Assembly: GCF_001194135.2 (NCBI RefSeq)
Contig: NC_068984.1
Coordinates: 124,583,051 to 124,646,819 of the forward strand
Length of the DNA: 63,769 bases
Source of the DNA: Octopus bimaculoides
Taxonomy: Eukaryota
Direction of reading: 5' to 3'
The notes beneath the pieces were generated by a model. That model was not told the DNA's origin. It worked only from the letters and a program-made list of their open reading frames with translations, and made no database searches. This document shows positions 25,201 through 39,619 of this stretch, one piece after another; the stretch's first letter is position 1, and each line of letters starts with the position of its first letter. Made by a program: the position numbers and the translations under genes.

Positions 25201-26150
25201 AACTTTTTACATGATATATTTATTTATATGTGTCTATATATATACATTCGTAGACACGTATATAAATTGTAGGAATAAGTTACTGGTAATTATATCAGAA
25301 ATATTTCTTTTGTTCAAAGTGATTTACAAGAAGCTCAAGAAACCCGAAGAATATAAGAGCCAATGCAATAATAATTGTATATAGAGCATTACTAGAACAG
25401 TTATGTATTGCAATAAATACACATCCCAGTAGCGGAGGACAACGACTACTATAAGACAACTTTTGTTTCTTAAGTTTTGTCCAGTTCTATGTAGAAAACC
25501 TGTGATGCACGAAAACACTCGAAAGAACACGAGGAAACATACACTCAGTCTACACCCCGTAAAAGTCTTTAGACGTTACAATATGTACGAAAACCTTTGA
25601 AATTTATATTAAACACAAACGCAATTTAAAATAACTTACTGAAATTAGCTGTTATAGTAATTAAACGAATAGATAGAGATAGTTCGCACTTAAAGCAAAA
25701 ATATTTATACTGTGCAAAACAATTAACTAAAATTGTTGATCCGATGAGGAAACATGATGTGTTTATATATTTTTATGAACGTCGAGATGCTAGAAACACG
25801 ATCGTATGTGCGGAGGATATGATATTTATTTCAATATGTCGTTTGATTTTATTTTTGAACGTCTATTCGTTTTAGCTTTTTATGTCATTATATACGTATA
25901 TACTTAGGTAGGTACGCTTTTAACTATGTATGTACATAGGGATATCAATGTGTACGTCACTATATATGTATATAACGAACGTATCAGATATATGTTTCTA
26001 AATATTCCTAAATATCCACCCTAAATTTCCATCAACAACAAATTATCTTTCTTCGCTCATTCTTTTACACCTTTTCCCGTTTCTTTCTCTTTTCTCTGTT
26101 TCAACAGTGCCGGGCGATGGTGAGGTATAGTGTACCATTACACTGTACCA

Positions 26151-26199
<49 letters not shown>

Positions 26200-26221
<22 letters not shown>

Positions 26222-26620
26222 CACATATATACATATATACATATATATACATATATATACATAAATATATATGTACTTGTATATATAAATATACACAAAC
26301 ACACACATACACACACACATGTACATGCATACATGCAAGCATACATACTCACACAAAGACACACACACACACGCATATATATACACATATATACAGATAT
26401 ACATACATATATATATATATGCATAAATATATATGTATTTGTATATATAAATATACACAAACACACACATGCACACACATATGTACATGCATACATACAT
26501 ACATACAAACATACATACTCACACAAAGACACATACACACACACGCACACACATACACAAACACACACACACACACTCACATACATATATATATACACAT
26601 AGATACATATATATATATNN
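26200..26620. repeat. Tandem ~160-170-bp duplication of a compound AT/AC-rich unit
   Basis: ATAAATATATATGTA(C/T)TTGTATATATAAATATACACAAACACACAC...CATACTCACACAAAGACAC occurs twice. Confidence 0.85.
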
Positions 26621-27113
26621 NNNNNNNNNNNNNNNNNNNNNNNNNNNNNNNNNNNNNNNNNNNNNNNNNNNNNNNNNNNNNNNNNNNNNNNNNNNNNNNN
26701 NNNNNNNNNNNNNNNNNNNNNNNNNNNNNNNNNNNNNNNNNNNNNNNNNNNNNNNNNNNNNNNNNNNNNNNNNNNNNNNNNNNNNNNNNNNNNNNNNNNN
26801 NNNNNNNNNNNNNNNNNNNNNNNNNNNNNNNNNNNNNNNNNNNNNNNNNNNNNNNNNNNNNNNNNNNNNNNNNNNNNNNNNNNNNNNNNNNNNNNNNNNN
26901 NNNNNNNNNNNNNNNNNNNNNNNNNNNNNNNNNNNNNNNNNNNNNNNNNNNNNNNNNNNNNNNNNNNNNNNNNNNNNNNNNNNNNNNNNNNNNNNNNNNN
27001 NNNNNNNNNNNNNNNNNNNNNNNNNNNNNNNNNNNNNNNNNNNNNNNNNNNNNNNNNNNNNNNNNNNNNNNNNNNNNNNNNNNNNNNNNNNNNNNNNNNN
27101 NNNACAAACACAC

Positions 27114-27158
<45 letters not shown>

Positions 27159-27583
27159 TTCGTTTTCATTTTGCCTTATTTTTCTCAACCGGCTCTTTCT
27201 GATCACTCGTCGGAGTGGACAGTGAAACATTATAGCAAGCGAACACACCTCCTACTTCGCCAGAACATAAGCGGCATTTATCAGCCATGCAGGGTATTAA
27301 ATCCTTTGCTATTTATACCGTTGGTCTTGTCGCTGCTATCAGTTGTTACTGTCGGAGTTGTACTCACGTTCGTTGATAGTCTTGTTATTGTTGTTGTTGC
27401 TGTTGTTGTAGTTTCCAGACTAACACCGCCCCTTACATGTAATGAACCTTGATTTTCCCATCATCACTTTGAGAAATCCAAATGTTCTCAACCCTAAGTA
27501 CCCTAATTTAGAGTACTCCATGTGCGCACGCACATACACACAAGTTTACAGCTCTCCATATATGTGCATGTGTGTGTATGTGC

Positions 27584-27628
<45 letters not shown>

Positions 27629-27904
27629 TGTGTGTGTAGCTATGAACAAACCATTTCACACTCTGTTCCAATCGTGTCGACATACCGTTACAAGGAACGC
27701 CTACATACTGAAATATACACACACATACATACATACATACATACATACATACGTACATACATACATACATGCATGTATTTTACCCCAGTGTCACTATGAT
27801 TGCATGCACTGCTCTCTCATACATACACACACACACACATATACATATAAAGAGAGACGGATCTAGTTGTTTTTCTCTTAACATATATATATGTTAATAT
27901 ATAT

Positions 27905-28060
27905 ATGTTAAACGCTCGGGAATAGAGAAAATCTTTGACGTTTCGAGCCTACGCTCTTCAACTGAAAGGAACACAGAAAGAAACAAGAAGAGAAACAAGG
28001 AGAAAAAAATATAAATGTAGTGGTCAGCGATCTATCATGGCGAATGCCGGACAGAAGGTT
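27905..28060 (-). mobile_element. Penelope-like terminal-repeat remnant with hammerhead-like motif
   Basis: Minus strand 27968-27933 reads CTTT-CAGTTGAA-GAGC-GTAG-GCTC-GAAAC-GT-C-AAAG. Stems I and II are intact and there are two core mismatches. Confidence 0.65.
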
Positions 28061-28757
28061 CACACAGGAGAGCTAAGAAAAAAGGGAGATAACAAAGAAG
28101 TGATGAACCCAAGACGAGAAGCTGCGTGTGTGTGAGAGAATGCTGTTGATCTTAACGTATGTATGTGTGTATGTACGTGTGATATATATATATATATATA
28201 TATATACTTATATGCAAAGCTACATACACACACGCACACACACATATATATGTGTGTGTGTGCATGTATATTTGTATATTTTCTATGTAAAACAGACACG
28301 TGTTTCAGTTTTAAGACCGTCAATATCATGCAAGGCAATTAACCAGATGTCAATACATTGACGATACACGTCCTCAGTGTTCTCAGCGAAAAGTACTAAA
28401 CTTGGCGAGATACTTGTGAACGCCGAGGAGGTGAATCCACCTTGCATAATAATGGCGGTCGTTTTCCTTAAACACCCTCAATAACTATTCACGAGAACAC
28501 TGTTTAGAAGCCCACTAATATTAGGAGTTTAGGAAAAGCGGATAGACAAAATACATCGATTATGTCGATACTAGGGCCGCTCCCCCGAAATTGAAGGCCT
28601 TATGCCAAAATTTGAAATCCTCCTCATCATCATCATCATCGTTATTATTTTTATCATCATCATCATCGTCATTATTTTTATCATCATCATCATCATCATT
28701 ATCGCCGTCATCGTCATCGTCGTCGTCGCTATTCTTATTGATGTTGTTATAATTATT

Positions 28758-28960
28758 AAGGCAGGGAGCTGAGAGTATTGTTAGCACGCCGGTCTAAATG
28801 CTTAGGGGCATTCCGTTTGCCTTTAGGTTCTGAGTTCAAATTCAACCGAGGTCAACTTTGCCTTTCATCCTTTCAGGATTGTTAAAGTACCAGTTGAGCA
28901 ACGGGGTCGAGGTGATCGACGTGACCCCTTCCCCGAGATTGGTAGCCTTGCGCCAAAATT
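28758..28960 (+). mobile_element. tRNA-derived SINE, family A
   Basis: Head, GAGTTCAAATTC and CTTTGCCTTTCATCCTTTC domain. Confidence 0.85.
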
Positions 28961-31716
28961 TAATCATTGTTGTTGACAACTATCGAATCGTGTTGACATT
29001 TTTTTCATTGCTCCGACTAAGACTTGTTTCAAAGAATACCAAGCGATTCTTTTATGTCTTTAGCTTAGCTGCGAATATGGCATGTGAGAGTAGGACCCAC
29101 ATCCCAAAATGGTTTGTGTTTACAGATTTCATTTTTAACTTGTCTTTTCGTTTTAACAAAAATTTCACATTTAAATATCTAGATAACGCTCCTCAACAAT
29201 TGTTCAAAAGAAATTGCAAACATCATAGAAACAAATTATACCAAAGAATAAACACTTAAAAAACAAGTACAAAAAATAATAAACATTTTAATTGAAAAAT
29301 GGTTTCGATCAATTTAACAAATATTTTGAACGACATCTGCAACAGCATACGTGCACGGGCATATATCAGTTATGCTAAAGAAGCTAATTTTGTCTCATGG
29401 CAATATTTCCAGAAAAAAATAGATAAACAATGGACAAAGAGAACTGCATAAAACCTGGCAGTAACTCTTTATATGAGGATTTAATTCAAGAGAGAACAAA
29501 GAGAAAATATATACCAGTGCTATGAAAAGTATAGCGGCAGTTTCCAACTCACATCAAAACAGCATTATAAGAAATGTCAGATGTTAGCCTCGACTGAACG
29601 TGGTAAGACTTATGGTACTGTTTGCTCTATTTTTCGGGATCAAAAGATTCTGTCAAAACACAGATTTAAATAGTGAAGTATACCTCTACCTATGCACGCG
29701 TGCCCTAGTTTCCGGGGCTTTGAAATACAAGGGTGACTACAGGGACCGTGGAAACGGTACGTATCCGTGACTGACAATCACTTGGACGAGTGGTTGTTGG
29801 TGAAAACTGATGTTTTCTGGCATTCTCGGGAGTATGTTTGTGAACTGGTCTGGGTTTGTCAGAAGCTTCTGAACTTTTAGTCCTTATTGCTTAGTTTGGA
29901 TGTCATACAGAAAGTAGGATATCTAAATCATTATCTCTCTGAAAGATCTGTATTTTTCGTTTTGTGTTCTTGTGTTCTATGGGGTTTTTATGATTGATAT
30001 TCGAGAAACATTTTGTGTTACAGAGGTTGCTAATTGTTGCTGTGGACGTTGTTGTCAGTGTTTATGCTGCTCTTGTGAATAATGCAAGTGTTTTATGACT
30101 AGATTTATGTTGGTTATGCTGTATATACATGTTTGCCAACTGTCTGTCTATTTTGTTCTCATTTACTTGTTTAGCTGTTTGAAGCACTTCAGAACGTTTA
30201 GATATACTTGTATATGAAGCGTTTATTTTTAAATGTAATCGGTGCGACCAGGTGACGCTAAGAAGGGAGATAACAAAAATGCTTTCCATTTTTATCGTCA
30301 TTTCTGTTGATGTAACTGTAATATTTCTGTGTATTTTTCTGGGGAATTTGTAAATATGGTGGTGGTGGTGATGGTGAGGAAAAGTGGTATAAGTATGTTT
30401 TAAACTTTGTGAGACACCTTGCTCAGCCCATTTGCATCCGCTTTCTGTATATTCCTAGTTACCGTCGCTTTTAAACAGTGTTTTTTCTTTCATTCAGCGT
30501 CTATCTGTAACCGGCCTGTTTTCTTATGTGGTATAGTATATATTCATATTTAGTTTATCATTTATATTTAACCATTTCTGAAGAAAGCAGGGTAGTCGTT
30601 ATAAATGTTATCGTTAGTTCTGGTTTCCTAGATTAGGAACGATGTGGTAGCATAGTCTTTTGGTAGTGTGGGATGTGGTGGTGAGATAACATTTTGAGAC
30701 GAACCACTAAATTTTCCAATGTTATTATATCATATTATATCACTGTCAGTCATCATGTTTGATAGGTACAATAAAATCTGACGATATTAACGAGTTTATA
30801 ATCGCATTAAATAGCACTGTGAAACGATAACAAGATTAGAGTGGTTGTACGTTACAACATAAGTAGAAGTCATATTATATTATCAACGTGCATCAACCAC
30901 AATCATAATTCTCTTCATCGGTAATATTCAACAAAAAAGAAAAAAATATGGCCCAATTTTACTACTTACAGCATTTACATCAGTGAATGATTGAGTGTCT
31001 ACATTTCTCTATCGGAACCTACGAAACAAAGAGATCCTAGTGGATTTATCAACGATTACCTCACCTAAATAGAATATTTCATATTTTCTTAGTCGAAATT
31101 TTGTTTACTTTGGAGAGCTGTTCCGATAATAAATATGCAGACCAACTTTATTCAACATGTTTACGCGCAGATATATACACATAAGTACAAACCAGCCAAT
31201 ACAATTAATTCTAGAAACCTGTAGCTATAAGGGTTAATATTGGCTACGAGTATAGTTATTCGAAATTATAATACTATTGGTACCTATAATAGTCATCGAT
31301 GACTATGGTAAATAGTATTCCTAGCTACAATATTAGTGATTTCACCAGTTATTAATGATTGACAAAGCAGTATTAGAAGCTTTGTTACTATAAACAGTAT
31401 TAATGGCAATAGTAAGGACTAGGGCTTTAGTAATTACTATTGTTTGATATAAGTAGTCGTTGATGTTTAGCTCCAAGACATCTGGAGTTGAGCAGACGTT
31501 TGGTCTAAATTGTTGCAATCGTATCGATTCCGTTTCGATTCCAGCTAAACATTTATCTTTCTCGATTTAAAGAAAATAGGTATAAATTGAAAGAGATTTG
31601 TCTGCTAGTTCTCCCAGAATAAGCGGCTAGTAGAGCCTCCGTCAGTCGTTCGGCGTTACAGATATTGCACTACTCGATGTCTTTTATGAAATTCTCTGTA
31701 ACTATGTGTATGTGTG

Positions 31717-31748
<32 letters not shown>

Positions 31749-31967
31749 TGTATGTATGTATGTATGGATGGATGGATGTGTGTATGGATGTAAGTTTGTA
31801 TATATGTGCATATGTTCGTGTATATATGTACCGATGCGAGAGTATGTACGAGTGTATAGCTATTTATGGACGCAGGGTATGTATGAATGCATGAATGGCT
31901 GGATAGATGGAAGTGTGTATGGACGTGTGTGTATGCGTACACGAAATGTATATATGTATATATATAT

Positions 31968-32040
<73 letters not shown>

Positions 32041-32044
32041 TACA

Positions 32045-32076
<32 letters not shown>

Positions 32077-32216
32077 CATACAGAGAAAGAGAGGGGCAAC
32101 ATTGCAAAAGAGAAAAGAGAAGAGAGAGGAAAGGAAAAGAGAAGAAAGTGGGTGTCGGAGTGAGATAAGGGGGAGAAACTTATATAACTTCCATATACAG
32201 GAATACATTTCGGTGT

Positions 32217-32252
<36 letters not shown>

Positions 32253-32512
32253 ATAATATGCATGTTTATATATACACCCGCATATAGAAGCGTATATAAA
32301 AATAATACAAAACGCAGAAAACCACAAGTGAATGGTCGTGTGGCAGATACTGGACCCCGGGGGAAATAGCAAAACTTCGTGAAACATGACGACGACGACA
32401 ACAACAACAACAACAACAACAATAATAATAAAATACTACCGCAACAGGAAGAGGAGCGCCAGCAATAGTAGTAGTAACAGTAGCCATAGCTGTAATAGTA
32501 ACAACAACAACA

Positions 32513-32583
<71 letters not shown>

Positions 32584-32961
32584 TATAATAATAACAATTG
32601 CATGAACAAAAACATCTTGNNNNNNNNNNNNNNNNNNNNNNNNNNNNNNNNNNNNNNNNNNNNNNNNNNNNNNNNNNNNNNNNNNNNNNNNNNNNNNNNN
32701 NNNNNNNNNNNNNNNNNNNNNNNNNNNNNNNNNNNNNNNNNNNNNNNNNNNNNNNNNNNNNNNNNNNNNNNNNNNNNNNNNNNNNNNNNNNNNNNNNNNN
32801 NNNNNNNNNNNNNNNNNNNNNNNNNNNNNNNNNNNNNNNNNNNNNNNNNNNNNNNNNNNNNNNNNNNNNNNNNNNNNNNNNNNNNNNNNNNNNNNNNNNN
32901 NNNNNNNNNNNNNNNNNNNNNNNNNNNNNNNNNNNNNNNNNNNNNNNNNNNNNNNNNNNNN

Positions 32962-33093
32962 AAGAGACCGATAGAATAGGTACTAGGCTTCCAAAGAATA
33001 AGTCCTGGGGTCGATTTGCTCGACTAAAGGCGGTGCTCCAGCATGGCCACAGTCAAATAACTGAAACAAGTGAAAGAGTAAAAGAGTAAAAGA
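32962..33093 (+). mobile_element. SINE 3' half, family C, with (GTAAAAGA)n tail
   Basis: Homologous to 48542-48729 and to the reverse complement of 61507-61729. Confidence 0.88.
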
Positions 33094-33501
33094 GCATAGC
33101 ATAATATAGTCAGTATACAATGCATAAAAATAGACGAGATGGTCATGTTTGGAACGATTTTTATCATACGTTTTGCTGAGCATGGCTGACCTGAGATTCA
33201 GCGACAAAAACAAAAGCGACAGTATCAACAACGAAAGCAAGAATGGAAACATCGAAGAATAGAAATCGCAGCTACAACGACCACGGTAAATGTCTAGACT
33301 CTAGACTCTAGACTAGAGTATCCGATGAGGACAACCAACACGAGCTAGCCAAAACCTTCAGAAACAACCGTCACCACCACCACCACCACCACCACCACTG
33401 CTCTGACTTAGTAGTAGTAGTAGTAGTGGTGGTGGTGGTGGTGGTGGTGGTGGTGGTGGTGGTAGNNNNNNNNNNTGGTGGTGGTGGTGGTGGTGGTGGT
33501 G

Positions 33502-33541
<40 letters not shown>

Positions 33542-33695
33542 AAGTAGTCGTCGTCCTTACAATTGCTTTGGTTTCTTAAATCTTCTTATCAAATCTGATG
33601 TACTATCAGAGGCCGGAAACCCCAAAGTCCCTGTTCAAATGTTTGTTTTTATGTTCTTTCATTTTTATGTTCTTTCATACAAATGTTCAAACACA

Positions 33696-33738
<43 letters not shown>

Positions 33739-34762
33739 ATCCATACATACACACATAGACACACTGACACGCACATAGACATATGTATATANNNNNNNNN
33801 NNNNNNNNNNNNNNNNNNNNNNNNNNNNNNNNNNNNNNNNNNNNNNNNNNNNNNNNNNNNNNNNNNNNNNNNNNNNNNNNNNNNNNNNNNNNNNNNNNNN
33901 NNNNNNNNNNNNNNNNNNNNNNNNNNNNNNNNNNNNNNNNNNNNNNNNNNNNNNNNNNNNNNNNNNNNNNNNNNNNNNNNNNNNNNNNNNNNNNNNNNNN
34001 NNNNNNNNNNNNNNNNNNNNNNNNNNNNNNNNNNNNNNNNNNNNNNNNNNNNNNNNNNNNNNNNNNNNNNNNNNNNNNNNNNNNNNNNNNNNNNNNNNNN
34101 NNNNNNNNNNNNNNNNNNNNNNNNNNNNNNNNNNNNNNNNNNNNNNNNNNNNNNNNNNNNNNNNNNNNNNNNNNNNNNNNNNNNNNNNNNNNNNNNNNNN
34201 NNNNNNNNNNNNNNNNNNNNNNNNNNNNNNNNNNNNNNNNNNNNNNNNNNNNNNNNNNNNNNNNNNNNNNNNNNNNNNNNNNNNNNNNNNNNNNNNNNNN
34301 NNNNNNNNNNNNNNNNNNNNNNNNNNNNNNNNNNNNNNNNNNNNNNNNNNNNNNNNNNNNNNNNNNNNNNNNNNNNNNNNNNNNNNNNNNNNNNNNNNNN
34401 NNNNNNNNNNNNNNNNNNNNNNNNNNNNNNNNNNNNNNNNNNNNNNNNNNNNNNNNNNNNNNNNNNNNNNNNNNNNNNNNNNNNNNNNNNNNNNNNNNNN
34501 NNNNNNNNNNNNNNNNNNNNNNNNNNNNNNNNNNNNNNNNNNNNNNNNNNNNNNNNNNNNNNNNNNNNNNNNNNNNNNNNNNNNNNNNNNNNNNNNNNNN
34601 NNNNNNNNNNNNNNNNNNNNNNNNNNNNNNNNNNNNNNNNNNNNNNNNNNNNNNNNNNNNNNNNNNNNNNNNNNNNNNNNNNNNNNNNNNNNNNNNNNNN
34701 NNNNNNNNNNNNNNNNNNNNNNNNNNNNNNNNNNNNNNNNNNNNNNNNNNNNNNNNNNNNNN

Positions 34763-34806
<44 letters not shown>

Positions 34807-34809
34807 TGA

Positions 34810-35718
34810 TGATTTCATTTATTTGCCACCAGGGCAATGGATGAGTGGGACAATACAGAGACAAACATAAAGTGTTAGGGTTTACTTATAATGAAATGTT
34901 GGAAGGAAGAAGGTAAGTACACACAGTATACAATGGAATGGAAGGGACCTATACATGGTATAGAATAGTTTTAAAAAAAGGGATCGTGGGGATGATAGAG
35001 ATGTAGCACTCCTGATACAAGATTGCGGATAATCAAGGAACCCCACCGTCCAAGATTTCCCTGAACACCAAGAGCAACTGCCCTCTCCAATTCCTTCTCT
35101 CCGACTCAGGTCTACACTTAGAGAGCTACAATCCACTCTTGCCATTTTCGCAACTTTCACCCACCTTTAAGTAAACTCACTCGGGGACAGCACTTCCCTC
35201 TCAACCCTCAATTTCCTTCTCAAGTGAAACTTGGAGAAGGCAATGAGAGCTCTACTAAAGAGGAATGTATCTATTCTCATGCTTTTCAGGCAACTGCCTT
35301 GCCTGCCCGATTGCAGGAGGGTGGTGGAGCAATAATCACTACCGGCTCGGCCGATAGATAGATCCGTTCCACACATGCCAGTAGCTATTCGACATAACCC
35401 CACGAGTCAGCAATTCCTGGACACTGAACGAGTGCGTGCAGAACGGTTTCGTCACTATGCGCGCACATCGGACTAGCCCATGTGACAGCACATCCGTGCC
35501 TGTAGATTTTATCTCGAACCGATAGCACCATCACCCTCCGCCACCACTCGGTAGCATTTCCAAGCCAAGGACATCTGGAAATTATCCATGATAGTTCGCG
35601 ACCGGAAAGTCCTCCGGAACAGACTTGCCGGCTCGTTTTCGTCGGAGCCCAGAGTTTCCCCGNNNNNNNNNNNNNNNNNNNNNNNNNNNNNNGGTAGAGG
35701 GATGTGAGCGCCTGATGA
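34810..35718 (-). mobile_element. L1/Tx1-clade LINE 3' end (ORF2 C-terminal zinc knuckle plus 3'UTR)
   Basis: SLAWKCYR...PMCAHSDETVLHALVQCPGIADSW matches the L1-type C-terminal CCHC (zf-RVT) motif. Ends AAATAAATGAAATC followed by (ATC)/(ATT)n. Confidence 0.85.
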
Positions 35719-35719
35719 T

Positions 35720-35770
<51 letters not shown>

Positions 35771-35772
<2 letters not shown>

Positions 35773-36365
35773 GAGAGTGTACAGATGAAAAGTTGATACC
35801 AGATAACATTGAAAGTCAATGGTTTTGGAGAGGCATCTGGAGCAAAGACAAGGAGCATAAGAAGGATGCTGAATGGTTGCAAGAACTGAAACAAACAGTA
35901 GTCTGTCCAAAACAGGCAGAACTAGTCATTCTAGTTAGGGAATTGATGGAAATCAGCAGAAGAAAAAATGAGTAACTGGAAGGCCCCAGGACCAGATGGA
36001 GTTCAAGGCTACTAGATCAAAAAAATTGGTGAATGTCATGCACGAATAGCTGCGCAACTCAACACCTTGTTAAATGCTGAACAAGTAACACCAGAGTGGT
36101 TGACAATGGGTAGGACAGTGCTGTGCTTGAAAAACATCGAAAAAAGGCAATACGGTAAACAATTACAGGCCGATATCCTGCTTGCCACTTATGAGGAAAT
36201 TATTGACTGGAATAGTCAATGTACGGACATCTGGAAAACAATGGAGTCCTTCCACACGAGCAGAAGGGTTGCAGGCGTAAGTGAATATGTACCAAGGATA
36301 AACTCCTAGTAGACAAAACTGTACTTAGAGATTGCAAGAGGAGGAAAACTAACTTAGCCATACCT
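35771..36365 (+). mobile_element. R4/Dong-clade LINE reverse transcriptase fragment
   Basis: NWKAPGPDGVQGY*IKK...[38 protein letters not shown] (RT domains 0-1), with stops and frameshifts. Begins at (AAT)n. Confidence 0.92.
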
Positions 36366-37005
36366 GCCCGATTAAAGGAAAGTGGCGGGACAATCATCAC
36401 TCTGTACTCGGTCGACAGATGGATCCATACTACACGCAACTTCAGCTGTTTGAGATAAGTCCACAGGTCAGCAATGCCCAGACACTGAACGAGTGTGAGC
36501 AGAACGGTTCCGTCACTCTGCATGCACACACGGATATCCGTGTGTAGTAGAGTATCTCGAAACGATAGCTCCTCTCGCCAGCACTGGCAGGACAAGGACG
36601 TCTGGAAAACATCCATCGTAGTTCTCGATCGGAAAGTCCTCCGGAACAGACTAATCAGTTCGTTATTATAGACGCCCAGAGTCTCCGCGAGAACGTCGTC
36701 GCACTTCCCCGCCATTAAGCCTCTATATACTGCTAAAGTGGAACATCAAACAATCTTACTGCCCGACTAGTAGAGGGCTGTGAGCGTCTGATGACATTTT
36801 AGTTGCCAAGTGCCCAGTTTCGACCTTTTTTTCACCCAGGACTTTTCTTTACCCAGAAGACGAGCTGTGGAAATACATGCCTCACAAACGGAGCCCACAC
36901 GCGCTCACTGTCCAGAAATCGTTGCGAGAGGTGCAGTCTGAGCGCTGAATGCGTGTTTGTGTATCAGAAACCATGGTATGCCTAAGCTGCCATGCAGGTC
37001 CCCAC
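36363..37005 (-). mobile_element. L1/Tx1-clade ORF2 fragment, second subfamily
   Basis: GSLGIPW..., RFLDSERVWAPFVRHVFPQL and the zinc-knuckle region are homologous to 35315-35718. Confidence 0.8.
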
Positions 37006-37352
37006 CACAGGGTCTCAACACAAAACAAAATGGTCGATACAAAATATAGGACAGTGAAGGTTTAAATGTAGTACGTGTAAACAGTGAAATAACAACACCA
37101 AAAATATCAAACAATAATATCCCACGAAAAGAGGAAGTCCACCCAGGATCAGCCAAGGAACTTTACACATCCTCGACACACCGATCGCTAAGAGTATTTC
37201 AAGTAGGCACCACTCTCCTCTCCATTCCTTCTGGCCTACAGTTGCATGCATAGAGTAACACCATTCACATGGGTCACCCTTTCCACACTCACCCACTTTG
37301 CAGCAAAAATGCCGGGGTACAGTACGTCGCTCTCCACTCTTTCGCAATAACG
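37005..37352 (-). mobile_element. L1/Tx1-clade extreme 3' end, third fragment
   Basis: ERDVLYPGIFAAKWVSVERV aligns with EREVLSPSEFTKRWVKVAKM-type sequence at 35140-35220. Confidence 0.6.
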
Positions 37353-37359
37353 CCTCATG

Positions 37360-37885
37360 ATCTCTGATCTTAACTGATTGGAAGTGTTATCATGTACATG
37401 TTTTGTCTAGGTAAATAGGATGGGCTACAGCAAATATTCTGCGCAATACCACAAATTTACATGTCATTTGGTTGACCTTCACCAGTTGAGCATGTCCGTT
37501 AGTGGCTGATGATATGTGCACCTCTGATCATGAGCAGGAGTAGTGGTGGGGAGCATTATAGCCATGGGTTGAAAGGAATTCTTTGGTGTTTGAATAATTC
37601 ACCTCTGAAAACACGGGTGTTTCATTCAACTTTCTTTAAACAAACCCTATTCTGGGACTTTTTAGGTAAGATGGGCTACTCTACCTGAAGAGGATTCTAA
37701 CTGGGTCTCACCTACTAAGTCATGTGCTGTTTAATGTGGATATGAGATCACTGTTTAGCGCACATATGGTTGTGGCGCATGTACCTGGCGTACCTTTATC
37801 AGGCAGGTAGTCATGATGGGTATATTGAGCTTCGTATATTTGTACCCCAGTATCACTTTGATGGCATGCATTGCGCTCTTACTCA

Positions 37886-37887
<2 letters not shown>
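37360..37887 (+). mobile_element. ~520-bp retroposon segment ending in (AAT)n (copy 2)
   Basis: Homologous to 6940-7470. Confidence 0.8.
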
Positions 37888-37946
<59 letters not shown>

Positions 37947-37997
37947 GGAGAAGAAAATGATGAAGAAGATAACAGCAACAATGGTACAAACAACAAC

Positions 37998-38400
37998 AAT
38001 GATAATGATTTCATTTATTTGTCACCAGAGAGAAGGTTGAGGGGGGCAATACAAAAGCGACATAAAATGTGGGGGTTTACATATAATAAAATGATAAAAT
38101 AAATAAATAAATAAATGAAAGGAGTAAGTATACATGGTATACAATGAACAGGAAGGGAAATATACATATTATACAAAGGTTAACAAAAAAGGGCGAGGGA
38201 TGATGGCGACGGATGATGCACCAGAGCTTTGTGCAAAAATAAGCACATTACTGTATATGTAAGCTGTAAGGAGTGGACTTCTGAATGTAAAACAAGTTTT
38301 ATCAGCCTTCTTTTCTACCCGCTTTGAGACCTGGAGTGTTCAGAGGGATTGTACTTTCCTCGGGGATATTAGAAAACACACATTTCTGTTCATGCATGAT
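37998..38400 (-). mobile_element. L1/Tx1-type 3'UTR fragment
   Basis: GATTTCATTTATTTG(T/C)CACCAG end and downstream segments are shared with 34810-35000. Confidence 0.65.
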
Positions 38401-38517
38401 TATATTTCATTACATGTTTCATTGTATCAAACAGAACTGAAAGTTTCCATGGAATTCAATGCCGCGGTAGCCTGTATGACTTCTACTACTGTTCATATAA
38501 TGTATGTATATATATAT

Positions 38518-38568
<51 letters not shown>

Positions 38569-39079
38569 GGATGGGGGAAATTATGCGTATAAGCAAATTA
38601 AATATAACAGCTTGGGCTTGATATACAAAAAAGAAAAAATATATATGTATACATGCAGACAGAAAGAAAGCAAAGACTAAGACTAAAGACGTTCAAACTT
38701 ACACAACAGTACGAACGAAATATGAATTTAAAGGAGAAGAAGTAAGATATTATAAGTCCAACAGCTGTTTCTGGCGGCACGGAATTCCCAGGCTGTAATG
38801 GAAGCAATTAAACATTGGGCAAGTCGGACCTCCGTCGTCATTTATTACTCTTATTGACATCAGGTTCGAATCATTTGACCGCTATCTGAGTGTTTTCTGT
38901 ACCGAGGATCTCTAGAACTCATCTGATGACTATATATANNNNNNNNNNNNNNNNNNNNNNNNNNNNNNNNNNNNNNNNNNNNNNNNNNNNNNNNNNNNNN
39001 NNNNNNNNNNNNNNNNNNNNNNNNNNNNNNNNNNNNNNNNNNNNNNNNNNNNNNNNNNNNNNNNNNNNNNNNNNNNNNN

Positions 39080-39113
<34 letters not shown>

Positions 39114-39619
39114 TTATATACATATAAACAGACATACACAAAAGCACACGCTAATGAACCCACACATATCTCTCAGACTCACACAGCACACACTGATACA
39201 TACACGCACGCACTGATACATACACGCACACACTGATAATACACGCACACAATTATACATACATGGACATACACATACATGTACATACCCGCACACACGC
39301 ACACACACAGTAACGCATATTTGCTTCACAGACACAACCCCCCACACAACCCCACATATGCACACACGTACAGATACATACACACACACGCACACACAGA
39401 CACAGGCACACACTGCACACAAAACTCACACACACACATACGCACATGCACATGCTATTATTACACACACAACACACAGACCTGCGTGCACGCACATACC
39501 CACACATACACACACATATCTCTTTCTCTTGCACTCTCCTGTCTTAGAAAGAACTTTTTCTTCACCCATTCCCTTCCGGTCATTTCAAAATGTAACTGCG
39601 TGTGTATCGTTGGCGATTT

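Noticed and set aside
29340-29372. Helitron-like 3' end (CGTGCACGGGCAT...CAGT)
   Set aside because: Lacks a terminal CTAG and a clean hairpin, and no 5' TC end was identified.
29600-30720. Possible decayed retroelement N-terminal ORF on the minus strand
   Set aside because: Many stops and no diagnostic motif; cannot be assigned.
33293-33316. (CTCTAGA)x3 short tandem repeat
   Set aside because: Too short; ordinary slippage.
38690-38850. Exon-like segments on both strands (PGNSVPPETAVG..., LFLAARNSQAVMEAIKHW...)
   Set aside because: No homology recognised and splice support is incomplete.
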